Shown here in pieces: positions 25,651-39,894 of a stretch of 64,000 nt of DNA. This DNA is from Octopus vulgaris. Lineage: Eukaryota. The DNA is taken from NCBI GenBank assembly GCA_951406725.2, contig OX597824.1, positions 43,710,001 to 43,774,000 on the forward strand. The letters run 5' to 3'. The notes below the pieces were generated by a model. The model saw only the letters and a program-made list of their open reading frames with translations. It had not been told where the DNA came from and searched no databases. Every line of letters starts with the position of its first letter. Positions within the stretch are counted from its first letter, which is position 1. Position numbers and translations under genes: made by a program.

Positions 25651-26015
25651 CTCACTAATATGTAAAAGTTTGTAGAGATCGTGAGAATTGCTCCCCCTTC
25701 ACTGTTATTAGATTTTCTTCCCAATTATATCAAAGGTTCGAGTTTTGCACTTAAAATATAAAGTAGTATATTAGATCCCTCTGAGATTAACCAAAGATTT
25801 TTTAAGTTTCAAAGATGAATATATACACCAAAATATACAGAGAGTGTGTGTATGCGTGTGTGAATTAAAGTTCATCATACTGCTTATAAATTTATATTTG
25901 TAAACAAAAAGTTTCAAACTTTTTGGTTTATTGTGGCTTGAAATCTATGACAAGTGAATAGAAAATTTTAAAGATGGGCAATGTTGATGGAATATTTTCC
26001 ACATCATACAGATGA

Positions 26016-26489
26016 TATAGAGCTCACAGCGGTGGTGGAGGGAGAAAAGTCTGAGCTTTATGAGTCGATCCCAATAGTCAAGGCTTGTCATGTCATCCTC
26101 TGCAAATCTCCACCAAGCAGCTCATTTTAAGATAGATACGCGAGTAAAATTACTAATAGAGAAATGAAAATAAACTTTGGAAACAGCAACGCCACTATAG
26201 GTTACATGGAAACGATGAACGTGTTTTCAAAGGAAATAATCAAAGAACGTAATATTGTAATACTTCATGTAAAGTAAATATAACAGATGAAAAATCCTTC
26301 AAGAATCCATAAAAATTCTCAGATCACTACCAAAATTTCATCATCTGTTTCTTGTGTCATTACCAACTTTTCCTGCAAGTTTAATCAAATACCGTTCACA
26401 ACGTTTTGAGTTATTTTGCACACAGACAGACAGATGGAAAAAAAAACCAACGCCAATGAAAACATAACCTCCTTCCTAGGCGGAGGTAA
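26016..26489 (+). mobile_element. Helentron/DINE-like non-autonomous rolling-circle element
   Basis: Internal (ACAG)n microsatellite near the 3' end and terminal hairpin acctcc-ttcctaggc-ggaggt followed by aat. The 5' boundary is uncertain. Confidence 0.55.
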
Positions 26490-26644
26490 TAATTCATAGA
26501 TAACAGTGACTGTAAAAGATATGTTATTAAACTACTCCACAAAACTTTCCTGCAGTTGTCAAATCCATGTCAGTGGCTATAATGATATTCACTTCAGTAA
26601 CTGATATGCAAATATCCAGATGTGTAAAATATTTGATATACATA

Positions 26645-27928
26645 TCAGGCTGAGTAAAAAGTAAGCAACGTTTTAAAACATGAAATTCATCACGATATAT
26701 TTCAATAATGCCGAAATTTTATTAATCAAAGTAATAATTATTACAATCAACACATTTTTGCCAACAAGTTACAAGTTTGTTTATTCTGGTAACATAAAAA
26801 TCTGGAGTTCTGTAGCTGATGAACTCTTTGAACACACTTTCAGCATCGGTTTGATTTTTGAACTCCTTCTCTCACAGTTAGCTATCAAGGTGCTTGTAAA
26901 AGTGGTAGTCAGTAGGAGAAATGTCTGGGGAATAAGCTGGGTGGGGAAGAACTTCGTAGTCAAGTTCCCTCAACTTCTGGAGCATCATTAGTGAAATATG
27001 TGGTTGAGTATTGCCATGAAGAGTGATTGGCCCTCTTCTTTTGACCAGTCTTGGACAGAGGAGTTGCAGTTTTCCATCCATTTTGGCAATTTCATGGCAA
27101 TATGTTTCTGCAGTAATGGTTTTTCTGGGTTTTAAGAAGTTATAGAGGATGAGTTCAACAGTACACCACCAAAGTCACCATAACCTCCTTTTTGAAGAGC
27201 TCAGGTTTAGGGAAGATTTTCAGTGCTTCATTTTGGTCCAACCACTGTGAAGAACATTTTTTATTATTGTACAGAGTCCACTTTTCATCACAAGTTACAA
27301 TACGGTCAAGAAATGGATTGGTCTGATTACAGAGAAGAGACAACAAGCAAATTTCATATCTGTGCATTTTCTGATTTTCATTCAAATCATATGGTACCCA
27401 TTTATCGAGCTCTTTTGATTTTCTGATTGCATGCAAATGGTTACAAGCAATTTTCTGGCTAACATGAAGTACTTTTGCCAATTCTCAAGTGGTTTTGCCT
27501 GGATCTTTCCCAATGACGGTCTTTAATTGATCATCATCAATGACAGATGGGTGTCCACTACACTCACGATCTTCAAGACTCAGGTCTCCACTGCAAAAGT
27601 GTTAAACCATTTTCAAGCTGACCACTCATTGGTCATTTCCTCACCAAACATTTTGTTGATATTGCAAGCAGTTTCAGCTGCTTTATGTCCTTTTTCGAAG
27701 TTGAATAGCAAAATTGCCCAAATATCGCACTTTAACAGTTCCATTTCAGATGATTGTAACAATAGTGAAAAAAAATATCAATGTTAATTTATTGATGCAT
27801 TTTGGCAAGTCTGTGTCTGTATTATCAGACAATTGCAAAAAATTGTTTAAAAAAAATCCAAAACTCTGCAAAAATCTGGGTCAAATTCTTCATGGTTCAA
27901 AACATTGTTTACTTTTTACTGAACCTGA
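26645..27928 (-). mobile_element. Full-length (1284 bp) decayed mariner transposon
   Basis: TA-tcaggctgagtaaaaagtaa ... ttactttttactgaacctga-TA; WVPYDL, RIVTCDEKW and HPAYSPDISPTDYH motifs. Confidence 0.93.
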
Positions 27929-28138
27929 TATATATATATAGAGAGAGAGAGACAGACAGATTTATATTACCAGTTTGATGAATATACAATTCTTTTTCAG
28001 CTTAGGTACTTTTAAGTATATAAAAAAATTATAATTTCAGATTTATTTGGTAAACTTTTGTAATTTCTACATAGGAAAATAATTATTTGCCAAATTAATT
28101 TTATTTTTTATTAATATATGTTTTTTGTTATCTTTCAG

Positions 28139-28283
28139 ACAATGTGCTGAAAATTTCACATGTTTACAAGAAATAGGAGATAATCCAAATTTCGGATATA
28201 CAAGTTTTGACAACTTTGCCTGGGCTATGCTATGTGCCTTTCGATTGATGACGCAAGATTATTGGGAAAATTTATACCAGCTT
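28139..28283 (+). CDS. Nav1: Nav coding exon 8 (DI P-loop: [48 protein letters not shown])
   Basis: tctttcag acceptor, CTT|gtaaga donor; carries the Asp of the DEKA selectivity filter. Confidence 0.97.
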
Positions 28284-28611
28284 GTAAGATAATATTTGTT
28301 ATTTAATTAAGTACTAGATTTTTCTCTATATTGTTATTTAGCAGAATCATTAGTGTGTCAGATAAAATACCATGTATTGTTTAGTTATAGCTCTTTAGTA
28401 ACTTTCTGAATTCAAATCCTGCCAAGGTTGACTTTACTTTCATTTTTCCAGAACCAATAAATTAATTGATTAACCATTTGTGACCTTGTATCTATGTTAG
28501 GAATCATTATTATCACTCAAATACTGGGGTCAGTTTAGATGACTAACTTCTCCTCCCCAACACACATCAAATTTGTTGGTCTCATAGTTCTGTTAACAAC
28601 AGTTATCACTG

Positions 28612-28685
<74 letters not shown>

Positions 28686-29233
28686 GAGTGAGAGAGCAGT
28701 GCATGCCATCAAAGTGATACTGGGGTAAAATGTACAAAGCCCAGCATACCCATCATGACTACCTGTCTGATAAAGATACACCAGGCACATGCATCACAAC
28801 TATGTGTGAGTGACATGGTGATCTCATATCAAGATAAATAATGCGTGTGGGGCCCAGTTAGAATTTTCTTCAGGTTGAGTAGCCCATCCTGCTCAAAAGG
28901 TCCCTGGATAAGGGTTGTTTAAGGATGTTGAAAGAAACACCTATGTTACCAGAGGTGAATTATCCCAAATCCCAAAGAATTCCTCTCAACACATGGCTGT
29001 GATGCTCCCCCACTTCTTCTGCACATGATCAAGGATGTACATATTGTCAGCCACTAAGGAACATGCTCAACTGGTTAGGGTCAAACAACTGACAAGCAAA
29101 TCTATGGTATTGATCAGAATATTTGCTGTAGCTCATCTTTTATGCCAAGACAAAGCAATGTACATGATAACACTTCCAATCAGTTAAGATCAGAAGCCAT
29201 GAGAGCCACAGCCATATTCTACATCAGGGCATT
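28612..29233. repeat. (TTA)n array followed by an unclassified interspersed repeat
   Basis: Perfect TTA run, then ~550 bp of more GC-balanced sequence bounded by a second microsatellite. Confidence 0.55.
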
Positions 29234-29282
<49 letters not shown>

Positions 29283-29304
29283 TGTGGTGGTGGTGGTGGT
29301 GGTT

Positions 29305-29342
<38 letters not shown>

Positions 29343-29400
29343 GGTGGTGGTGGTGGTTGTAGTAGTAGTAGTAGGAGGAGGAGGAGGAGGAGGAGGAGGG
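29234..29400. repeat. Compound trinucleotide microsatellite (AGT)n/(GGT)n/(AGG)n
   Basis: Seen directly. Confidence 0.95.
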
Positions 29401-29429
29401 CGAAGCTTTTACATGCTAATTCAATTAGC

Positions 29430-29825
29430 AGGGATGTTATCTTGAGGTTTGTTGATAAAAAGTCTCTTCAAATCTCAAGAGTCTTTCTTAAGAATCTTAC
29501 AGAATACAGGATGATCCCAATTCCAATATCTTTCAGTCTCATAGGTAGCATTTTGGGTGTTGTGCCAAATGCACCAATTGCTATGGGAATACTTGTTGTT
29601 TTAGTTTTCCACAGTCTCTTTCAATTGCTTTAGTATTGATTCTGTAAGTATAGGGAACTGTAAAATCTTACGCTGTTTATTTTGTCCTCTTTAATAACAC
29701 TGGTCTTCTTGTTTCAATGATATAGTCAATCTCTACTGAGAAGTCCCATAATATCCTGAAATTTTTATTTTTTATCACAACCTCTGGTTCATGATCAAAC
29801 CACTTTCCTGTAAATGGGTAGTAGT
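29430..29825 (-). mobile_element. R4/Dong-like non-LTR retrotransposon 3' fragment (restriction-like endonuclease)
   Basis: Minus strand gives WFDHEPEVVIKNKNFRILWDFSVEIDYIIETRRP...LKRLWKTKTTSIPIAIGAFG. Confidence 0.7.
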
Positions 29826-29829
29826 TGGC

Positions 29830-30890
29830 AGTGTTTTTTCAGAACTCCTTGGATCTTAAGGTATGGGCAACCTTCTTGGACCTGTATGATAAATTGGTGA
29901 TCCTGGACAAGAGTAGCAACAAAGTTGATACCTTTAAACTATTGGCCCAACAGGGGTTAGAAGGCAAGATTTTTTTCAGACATTTTGAAGTATTCCTCGG
30001 GACATCCAAATCACTACTACAAATGGGGGATTGGAATGGTTGTTCTAGATGCACAAAGGACTGTGTGAGACTAATGTATAGGAGAACGGGGTATGAAAAC
30101 CTTGAAAACCTGCCTGAAAGTTTCCGTCTATCCAACAAGTACTGACTGGATTTCTTTGATGTACCAGTGTCACAACCACAGCTCCAGATCATATTAGATA
30201 AGCTATTTGTTAAGCTAGCTGATAGGATGTCTATAGTTCAAATTAGTCAACTACACAGATCACAACTGAGGTAGGATCTGAAGACAGAGACCCATTTACT
30301 GGAAGTTGAATGCACCCTTACCAGTGCACAGAGACTACAGGTTTTGGATTAGTGAATTAGCTAAGCAACAATGGACAGGGACAATCACCAATAACCAATG
30401 GTGAGATGCCTTTAAGAGGGTGACTAGAGCAGAATTAATAGCTTTTAACAAAGAGCTACTAATAGAAATAAATAGATTAAAGGGAGAACTAGTTAGCAAT
30501 TTAGAAAAGCAGACTAGTAAAGGCATTGTGACTGACTTGGTAGCAGCAAGGATGGTCCTTGAACATTTCTTTCAGGCAAACATGAAAACTGTATTGTCAG
30601 AGCTGAGGCCTATGCACTTAAGAACTAGGAAACAAAAGCTGTTTGATGGAGGCAACATAGCAACAATACCACAATCAGCTCTTTGACAGATTGGGAGAGT
30701 GAATGCTATTTGGTTCTGGGCTGTTGCGTGTTGTTTTCAGCAACTTCCCCCAACTGCTTGTAGCAGTTGATGGGTCAGAGATGGTAGTTAACTTTAGTTC
30801 CTACCTGGACAATCTTCTGTGGCTCTTGGAAGAAGAAGTGAGCTCCTGTACAAAGCCAATGATGACTGCTAAAATATGGGAGGCAATACA
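29830..30890 (+). mobile_element. Tx1/L1-clade LINE fragment (AP endonuclease and tether)
   Basis: LLQMGDWNG, VNYTDH, YWKLNAPL and W*DAFKRVTRAELIAFNKE motifs. Confidence 0.7.
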
Positions 30891-31747
30891 ATAGTCTTTT
30901 ATACTTTAAAATTTCTTCTTTAAGTATTATAGATGATAATTGTTGATGGAACTATTTTAACTACTATGCATAATTGTCCTAAATGTAAGTATTTTTGAGA
31001 ATAAATTAGAATTTTAAAAAAAGAAGGGTTTGCATGCAGATCTTCTCCGGTGATTTAACAGTGGAGAAATTGATGCTGCATCTTACTCTTTAGTATTTTA
31101 TTTTGTTTTAGCCACCACTTCTAAGGCCATACTGTGAAGTATCTAAGGTCATTCAGTGAAGTACACAACTAATTACCTAATTTGATAAACCAGTACTAAA
31201 ATAACAATTAATAGTAATCAACAAATCAGCATAAACTTATTTGATTTAAGAAAAATTGTTTATATTTCAACTAGATTAATATCTTTTTGTCTCTATCAGT
31301 CTGATAACGTACTGTCAAATTTATTAAAAATGTGGAGAAACAGCTGAGGCTGCATATGTTGAACCAATTTGGTCTTTAATGTAGAAAATTAATGTGTATG
31401 GTGTCAACTTCAAAATCTTGTGAGCTTATGGTGTCATACAATAAGTCTTGAAAGACACTTATTGTAAAATCTTTTTTGTTGCTTCTGAGTATTGGTAACA
31501 GGAAGTATATCAGGAGTTAAAACTCTGGGGTTTTTTTGTTTGTTTGTTTTTTCAATAAAACCCTTTGAATGAGACATGCAATTCAATGGAAAATTGATAT
31601 TTATTCAGCCAGTTGGAAAAGGAAGAATATAAAAAATAAAATATAATTAATATTTTAACAAAAATATATTTGTACTCATCTTTCATATATGTATATGTAT
31701 ATAAGGATACTGACTTATAAGTAAATGTTACTCCTGATAGTTTAGTG

Positions 31748-32153
31748 CAGCAGTGGGGAAGCTTTTTTAATGTTGACAGGCCACATTGAAGTTAACTGCC
31801 ATTTAGCAAAGCTTCATTAAAAAAATATTGATACTTCTAAATTCTCATTTTATAAAATGTAATTTCTCATATAAACTCTAACAAAGTGTGAAAAAAGGCA
31901 GAGTTTTGGAATAAGCACCATCATTGTAACTTTTTTCTGAAAAGTTCTTCAGATCCCTGTTTTAAACACAATTGTAATTACTTTAAAGAAGTAATTATAA
32001 GTGTAGATAAAGAAATATAAATGTTTCTAAAATTTTCAAGTAATTGAAAAGATAGCCCATGAAAAAAATATATTCTAGTATAATGATTTTCCCTACAACA
32101 TACTTCTTTCATAAGGCCACATTTGTCTAGGGGTTACAGGTTTCCCACCTCTT
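31748..32153. mobile_element. Probable hAT-type MITE
   Basis: cagcagtggggaa ... ttcccacctctt termini, internal ggccacatt motifs, partial 8-bp TSD gtttagtg / gtttaata. Confidence 0.45.
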
Positions 32154-32429
32154 GTTTAATATACCAAGTTTAAATACTTCATATAATTTTGTGCTTTACA
32201 TAAGGTTTTGTAAAGTTTGTTTTTAGGCATAGAAGAAAATCTATGCTGTTGGATTCTGCTCTAGCTCCATCAAATCTTTTGTGCCATGTTGATACTCACT
32301 TGTTTACCAAACTTATTTTACTCAACTGCAGATGATAAAGAATTATAAAACTTACATATATGTTTAGAATTTCCTATCCAAATTACAAATGTTTGCTTTT
32401 TAAAGAAAAAACTTTTTTCTTTTTGATAG

Positions 32430-32594
32430 GTTATACGAGCTGAGGGTCCCATTCATGCATTATTCTTTATTTTGGTCATCTTTCTGGGATCTTTCTATCT
32501 GGTTAATTTAATATTAGCCATTGTTGCCATGTCTTATGATGAGCAACAGAAACAAGACCAAGCAGATGCTGAAGAAGAGGAAGCCGAACGGAAG
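32430..32594 (+). CDS. Nav1: Nav coding exon 9 (DI S6: [40 protein letters not shown]...EAERK)
   Basis: ttttgatag acceptor, AAG|gttagt donor, phase 0/0. Confidence 0.96.
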
Positions 32595-32979
32595 GTTAGT
32601 AATTATTTTCAGGCAATTTTAAGCCCTTTCCCAACTAGTTTATTGTTTTTTAACACCTTTAATTTCACTACTGTCTCAAGATATCAGTTATAATAAAAAA
32701 AATTTGGTCAACTTGAAATATTTGATATTTTATCAATTTTTAACCAGATGAGTACTGCCTTTGTTTTCACTGTCCCTGAATGCTTAGTAACATATTAAAA
32801 ATTAGTTTTAACATTTCATCAATAGTCCTGAATGTTTAATGTTCCCCTAAAAACTAGTGTTAACATTTATTAACATTTCTTAATGTTTGTTGGTATCTTT
32901 TAAAGCTAGTTTTAGTGTTTTGTAATTAACTATGAATGTTTAGTGATTTCTTCCAATATAGTTAAGTTTCTATTAAACT

Positions 32980-32998
32980 ATTATTATCATCATCATTG

Positions 32999-33078
<80 letters not shown>
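32980..33078. repeat. (ATT)n microsatellite
   Basis: Seen directly. Confidence 0.95.
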
Positions 33079-36000
33079 TATCTAAACAGTTTTAAACAAT
33101 CTGATTAAGCTAAAAGTTATTTCTTATCTTTTTAAACCATCAAATATTTTCAAAGATTAACATTCATCAAATAATATTTCTTTAAACATTTTTCAGAGCT
33201 GTACTTAAGTTATATAAAACTAAATTATTGATGATGTCTCCTGAGACATATTTCAGTATTTAATAGTTCTAAAATATCTGAAACTTCTTCGATACCTCAA
33301 AAAGGAAAAGTAAAAATAACATTTGTTGAGCATCCAACAAAAAGAGGATATTGCAAATACAAAAATTTGCACAATTTTATTTTACAATTTACAGTTTATG
33401 AATGTTTTTTATATTCTAACTATCCATTAAAAGTTTTGTTTTTGTTTAAATTATTCACATTGTGTGTATTTTGGATTAAAAATAACAATAAAAAATGATT
33501 ATGTTGCTTAAAAAACAATGAGAAACCAATTTGGCCATAAGATCAGATATATGGTTTTATACTCAAATTGGTATACTTTAATGATTAATAATGAAATGCT
33601 TAAAATTTATAAGGAATTTTAATGTAATAAATGTATCAAATTTATTTTCCATTCTGTTATTGACTAGATTCCAGATTCTTCAATTAATCATATTTAATTC
33701 AAAGACATGTTTTCTGTTTTATTCTTCTTTATTGTTTGACTTGTTTATTTGTATTCTTGAATTTATGCAATATAACACAAATGGTGCACCAACTATAGAT
33801 GATTAAACAGAAATATGATATCATTAAAAATCAATTTTGAAATTATATAAGCATAGTCAAGTGACCTACAAGAGTTTCTGGAAATGTATCAGAATTTCTG
33901 GTTTACTTTTATGTATGAACTATTGATTTAGTTTGTATTTTGGAATTATATTTAAGAAGCTTTAATTTATTTATATACATAGATCTTTTTAATTTCTTAG
34001 TGAATTTCTGTGATATATTTTCAAAATTTAGTTAATCTAATTAGTCATCTTATTTCAAGGAGTCATTATATTTGAATAGATGTAGCATTGGCATCTTAAT
34101 TAAAAACAAATTCATATCTTAACACTGAAGCTAGCTATTCCCTGAGTAAGCCATTAAAATCTTACCTCTTAACCTGGCCACTATGAAATTGGAAATGCTC
34201 AATTGTTGACCAAATTCACTAGCAACTAATGCATGGTTAGATAGTTTTCTAGACTAAAGAGGATTTATTTTTACTACTTTTGCCACTCTACCATTTGTGC
34301 CAGTGATGATAATAGTATTAATTCTGTGCCTATGTTAGAACAGTTATTAATATAATAAAAGTAACCCTTGCTTAAATCTTTGGGAATAGTGAGTTGTCCC
34401 ATTGCACAAGATTCATTACAAACATTGGAAACATTTTATTTCTTATATAGGCATATTGCCTAACATTTTATAGGTAGGGGAAATAACAGGATTCATTTGT
34501 GAAGAGCTCATCCTTTTTTTTTTTTCAAATTTTTTAATTAAGTATGAAGAGAAAGGACAACATCCATGATTTTTGTACAGACCTCTGAATCTGATGAGGG
34601 TAAGGGAGAAAGAAGTCACATTTCATGGGCTGCTATGATAGAAAGTAACACATCAAAATATTAAGTCATCCTCAGAGTGGAGATCTAGTCCACATGCTTG
34701 AAACAAAATAGGAAGGACATGATTGAAACAAAATAGGAAGTAACAGATTAAGCCTACCATTTGCCACTGAAAAGGTTGAAAGATTAGCATTAGGAACAGG
34801 GCAGATAATTGTACTAAAACTGTGAATTCAGATATTTATTTTAATAAATGTCTGAATTCACAGTCATGCAACTGATTCTTTTGTATAACAGTAAAATGTT
34901 AGCCATTTAAACATATTGTTTGACAAAGTAAAGAATCATATTTATTGAAATAAAATAAATTTTAGCTGTCATATTTCATTAAAAGTTGCTTATCAAAATA
35001 TCTGAAGCTTTTAATTTATTTTTCCCCATTTTATATTGGAAGCTTTTCATTCATAGATGTAAAGGGTATTAGAAATGAGAACATTGCCCAAAAAGCTTAA
35101 TATTTTCTTGGTATTTGTGTCTTAGCAAGTAAACCTTTTTTAGTTTTCATTTGACAAGGAATTAATATTTCAGGTAAAACAATATGACTAATTTCAGAAG
35201 GATTTAGCATAAAGGTGAATCATGTGTGCATATAGCTCAATTTAAAATTAGTTATCTTAAAATATTTTATAATCTCATTAATCACATTGGACTATGTGAA
35301 ATACTTTTGATAATACACAATTTGAGTAAAAGGATGTTTGTTAAGAAATTAATGATAATGTTGACTGTATTAAATTTCAATTGAAAAAATACTAAGTAAT
35401 ACTCCAAAATTAATTTGTAAATAAATATATGAGCTTCTTTCTTGAACCACAAAAGAAAAATGACATAGTGAAATATTTTGAAGATTAATCATTGATCTGA
35501 AGGAAGTATTATATGAATTATTTATGCATATTTCTGTTTCCGGGCATCTTTATTTTATTGTTGTATACTCCATAAAGCCATCTTCATAGTATGCCATTTG
35601 ACAATGTACAATATGCATGGGTGGGTATATGTATGTATTGGTATGCATGCATGTAATGGGGTGTGTAATTAGGGCAGTGAATAGTCTGTGTGTATGAGGT
35701 AGTAGCTAGTCTATCAGAATATATTTTCTTTCCTCCTGTTATTCTGGTTAATAGACAACATGATGTAAATCTCATAATATAACTGCCATCAAAGAATGGA
35801 ATAAAGAAGTATAAAATCACTTTCCCTCCACTTGTCCATAGGGTTTGTTTTTTTTTGGTCAAGCAGCTTTTTAGTACAGGTTCCCTTTATGAACACTTTA
35901 ATAGGTTGTTTAGAATTAAGTCAGCAACACTCATGTATGTATGGTAGTAGGGCTATATTATTTTTAAGTAAGGCTATATAAGTGTGTATGTCATTGGATG

Positions 36001-37419
36001 TGTGTAGTTTTATTCTATTTTGGATATTCTATATGTACTATTCATGCAGTGTATAAAATTTACTGTTCATATGAACTTTAGCTCTGTTATGACTAGTAAT
36101 TTGAAACTAATTGTAAATACAAATAAATACATTGTTTTATTAAAAAAACGTGAAACCTAACTTCTTCATTTTAAGAAGCAGTTAGTCGGCTGTTTTATAC
36201 TGCATTTTATTTATTTTAAACTGCAGTTTGGCAAAGTAACATATTTTGAGCAATTTAAATTTGTGTACTCATGGAGAAGTAATAGAATTTCAATAAATAA
36301 ATGGGTTTAAAAAAAATTTTTTTTACACTCAGCTCTTTAATAGTAAATAGTCATCCACCAAACTTATTTGATAGTTAGTTTAATGAGATTTCTTTAATAT
36401 CTAGTGGGTGAATACTGAATTTACTTAGTCAGACAATAGCTCTGTATTTATATTTAAATTCGGTACCATATATGAATAATTTTATGCCTCACAGTTTTGT
36501 GTAGGAATTTGTCAAAAAACTGTGTGTGTAACAAGACGTGATAAATGAACAAAATAAATCTATTGCAACTGGAATAAGTTCTAAACAGTGTCACCTGGGT
36601 TTGCACAGTAAAGAAGATGAAAATAATAATAAATTAATGCTAATGTAATTATTTTCCTGATATGATATAGTTGAAATAGGGTCAAAGTAAAACATTATTG
36701 ATTTGAAATGAATCAGGAATTATTTCTAAAATCATTGATGTTAGAAAATATGGAGTTCCTCTAACATTTGGCTGTATATATATATATGCATGTGTGTATG
36801 TTATATATGTAGATGTGTGCGTATGTATACACACACTCACACACACATATAAATATTATTGATGTGTGTGTGTGCATGCACACATATAATTAGAGAGATT
36901 ATTATATTATTGGCCTCATTTTATGGACTGTAACATTATATAGATAAGACTTCATATATTGACACTCTTATTCTGCTAATAAGGTTAGTGTATGAGTGGA
37001 GGGGAGGGGAGGAGACTGTAAGTACTCACTTCAATCTTGTTTATTATTTAGTTGTGTTTCTTACCTTTTATATGTATATGTATGTTCATATCTTTATATT
37101 TTTGTTTTATTTTCATCATTCTAATTTTGGTTTCTATTTCTACACTAACATGTAACAGTTGTTCAAAATTTATATGTTTTATTTAAACCCTTGATTTTCT
37201 GTTCATTTTAAATACTTTCATTGTCATTCAGAAAAATAATTTCAAATATGAAGGATCCATCCTACTGAAATTTAATATTATGTTATAATCTTTATTCCAG
37301 AATACACACGCATGCACATGTACAAGCAGACATTTCTATTAATATATATATATATATATATACCAACATTTATATACCTACGTTTGTGTGTGTATACTCA
37401 CACGCACAAACATATACAT

Positions 37420-37472
<53 letters not shown>

Positions 37473-39894
37473 AATCATTTAATAATTTATTTCAAAACAA
37501 GTAGGGCCATAAATATTAGCTTGCAATATATCAGGATAAACTTGTTTGGTGAGAAAAAGGCCAAAAGTAACATGCAGGTCTTGAACCACACATTTTCCGT
37601 AACCCTGATAGACATGCTACCAATTGCTTCAAAGTAACGTTCGGCCTCCCTTCTGTCAAACAAGAATGTAAGTCTACAATTGGTTGCATATCTGTCACAG
37701 TGAGAGAAGATGCATGATTCAAGTCCTACAGGTAGCTTTCAATCATTTTTCTATGCCAGGGTTTTTAACCCAACATATTACAATCCTTTCTTATAGTTGT
37801 ATTTGGTTCCAAATTCACCTCGTTTTATGTATATATATATATGTATATATATTTCAAAACTTCTACATTTATATTGTAAGTGTAAATATATATATGTTTG
37901 TGTTTATACACAACACACACACACACACACTGCATATATACATATACATATAATATATACATTCCTTATCAAAAGTTCGAATACTCTTATTAAGGTGTCA
38001 TCATTGATGATGTATAGCAAAAGCAAGGAGTATACTTAATACTGGTTTCAAATTTTGGCACAAGGCCTGCAAATTCATTGGTGGGAGTATGTCAATTACA
38101 TCAACCCCAATACTCAACTGATACTTATTTTACCAACTCCAAAATGATAAAAGGCAAAGTTAACCTTGGCTGAATTTGGAAATGTCACTAAGGAGTCATC
38201 ATCATCATCATCATCGTTTAACGTCCACTTTCTATGCTAGCATGGGTTGGACGAATGACTGAGGGCTGGTGAACCAGATGGCTGCACCAGGCTTCAATCT
38301 TGATCTGGCAGAGTTTCTACAGCTGGATGCCCTTCCTAACGCCAACCACTCCAAGAGTGTGGTGGGTGCTTTTATGTACCATCGGCACAGGGCCAGTCAG
38401 ATGGTACTGGCAATGACTTCACTAGAATCCTTTTACACATGCCACCGGCACAGGTGCCAGTAAGGCGATGCTGGTAACAATCACACTTGAATGGTGTCTT
38501 TTACGTGCCACTGGCTGGGGGCCAGATAGCCACTCTGGCAACGATCACGCTCGGATGAAGTATACTTAATATTAAAATAAGTAGGTAACCTGAAAGCTTT
38601 GAACAAAAGTACAACATCATAGTGTTCATATCTCATATACCCCTTTGCTTCCAGTACAACAGCAGCAATGCATCAGTAACTCTTTTAACTAAGTTTTTGC
38701 AGAACCTTGTGTCTTCAAACCTGTGATTTCTTCTCATTTAGATCTGAAATTAATAAAGAATTAAAGCTACAATTTTCCTTTTTGTATGAACCTACACAAT
38801 TTTTGTATGCTTCAGGTTAGCAGACTATTCTGACTATCAGTCCAATAAAATAATAAGATTAAATCTAAGTGGTTTTGCAGAATGACTGGATGAACCATCT
38901 TATTAGAATATAGTGCAATTAAAGATTATCATATGTTCAAGAAACTTAATTCTTCAGAACGTCCAGATAAGTTTTAGAGTTTATGGCTGTACTTTAAAGC
39001 ATCGTCTGAATACCAGCATTACTTTACTCATGCAACAGCTTTATACTGACAGTTGTTTGATAGAAAATTAATTAAAGGAGCATTAGATACCAAATGTTTA
39101 ATTGATGTTTAGTAATTAAACATGACTTTAAGCTATCTTCCATAATTCAATTTTTATCATCCTTGCAAAATTGCAAGCAATCCTCAATGTTGTTCTATGA
39201 CAGCCAACAATTCTGCCACTCTTCCACCCACAGACCAGCATGAAATGAAATGTTTTGCTCAAGAACCCAATACATCACCTGATCTGGGAATTGAACCCAT
39301 GATCTTGCAACCATGAGTGTAACCACTAGGCCATGTGCCTAGTGAAGGCAATAAAAAACCACTCCAGTATTCATCCCAAATCTAGTCATTGTAGCTGAAA
39401 TTGCAGTAATTTACTTGACAGTGGCAGGGGAGTGGCAGAGAGTGCAGGAGAGTGTTCACATACACAGGACCTGATCATGGGCAGACCACTGCTAGATCAC
39501 TCTAGGTAGTAATTTATAGTATCAGAAATGTTAGCCAGATGTTGAAATTATGAAATATTACATCATTCTTATAATATGAAATATAAATTAATTAACTTTG
39601 TTATTTGAAAATATTCAGTTAATAATTAGTTTTTATCTTTATATCAAAATATATTTTGAAAAATTTTAAATTTTAAATATGTATTCAAACTTTTAGCCAG
39701 AGCTGATATGTATATATATATATATATATGTGTGTGTTTGTGTGTATGTGTGTGTACCCACGCCCACACACACACACACACACAGTCATATACAAGTAAA
39801 CACACATATATTTATGCCTGCTTTTTTTTTAGATGACTAAAAGTTTAACTAATTACTATCTTTGATAATATTTATAATAAGCTATAAGATTTAA

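Noticed and set aside
29142-29633. 163-aa ORF with poly-S/G/R
   Set aside because: Product of a compound trinucleotide repeat plus the antisense strand of a retroelement fragment.
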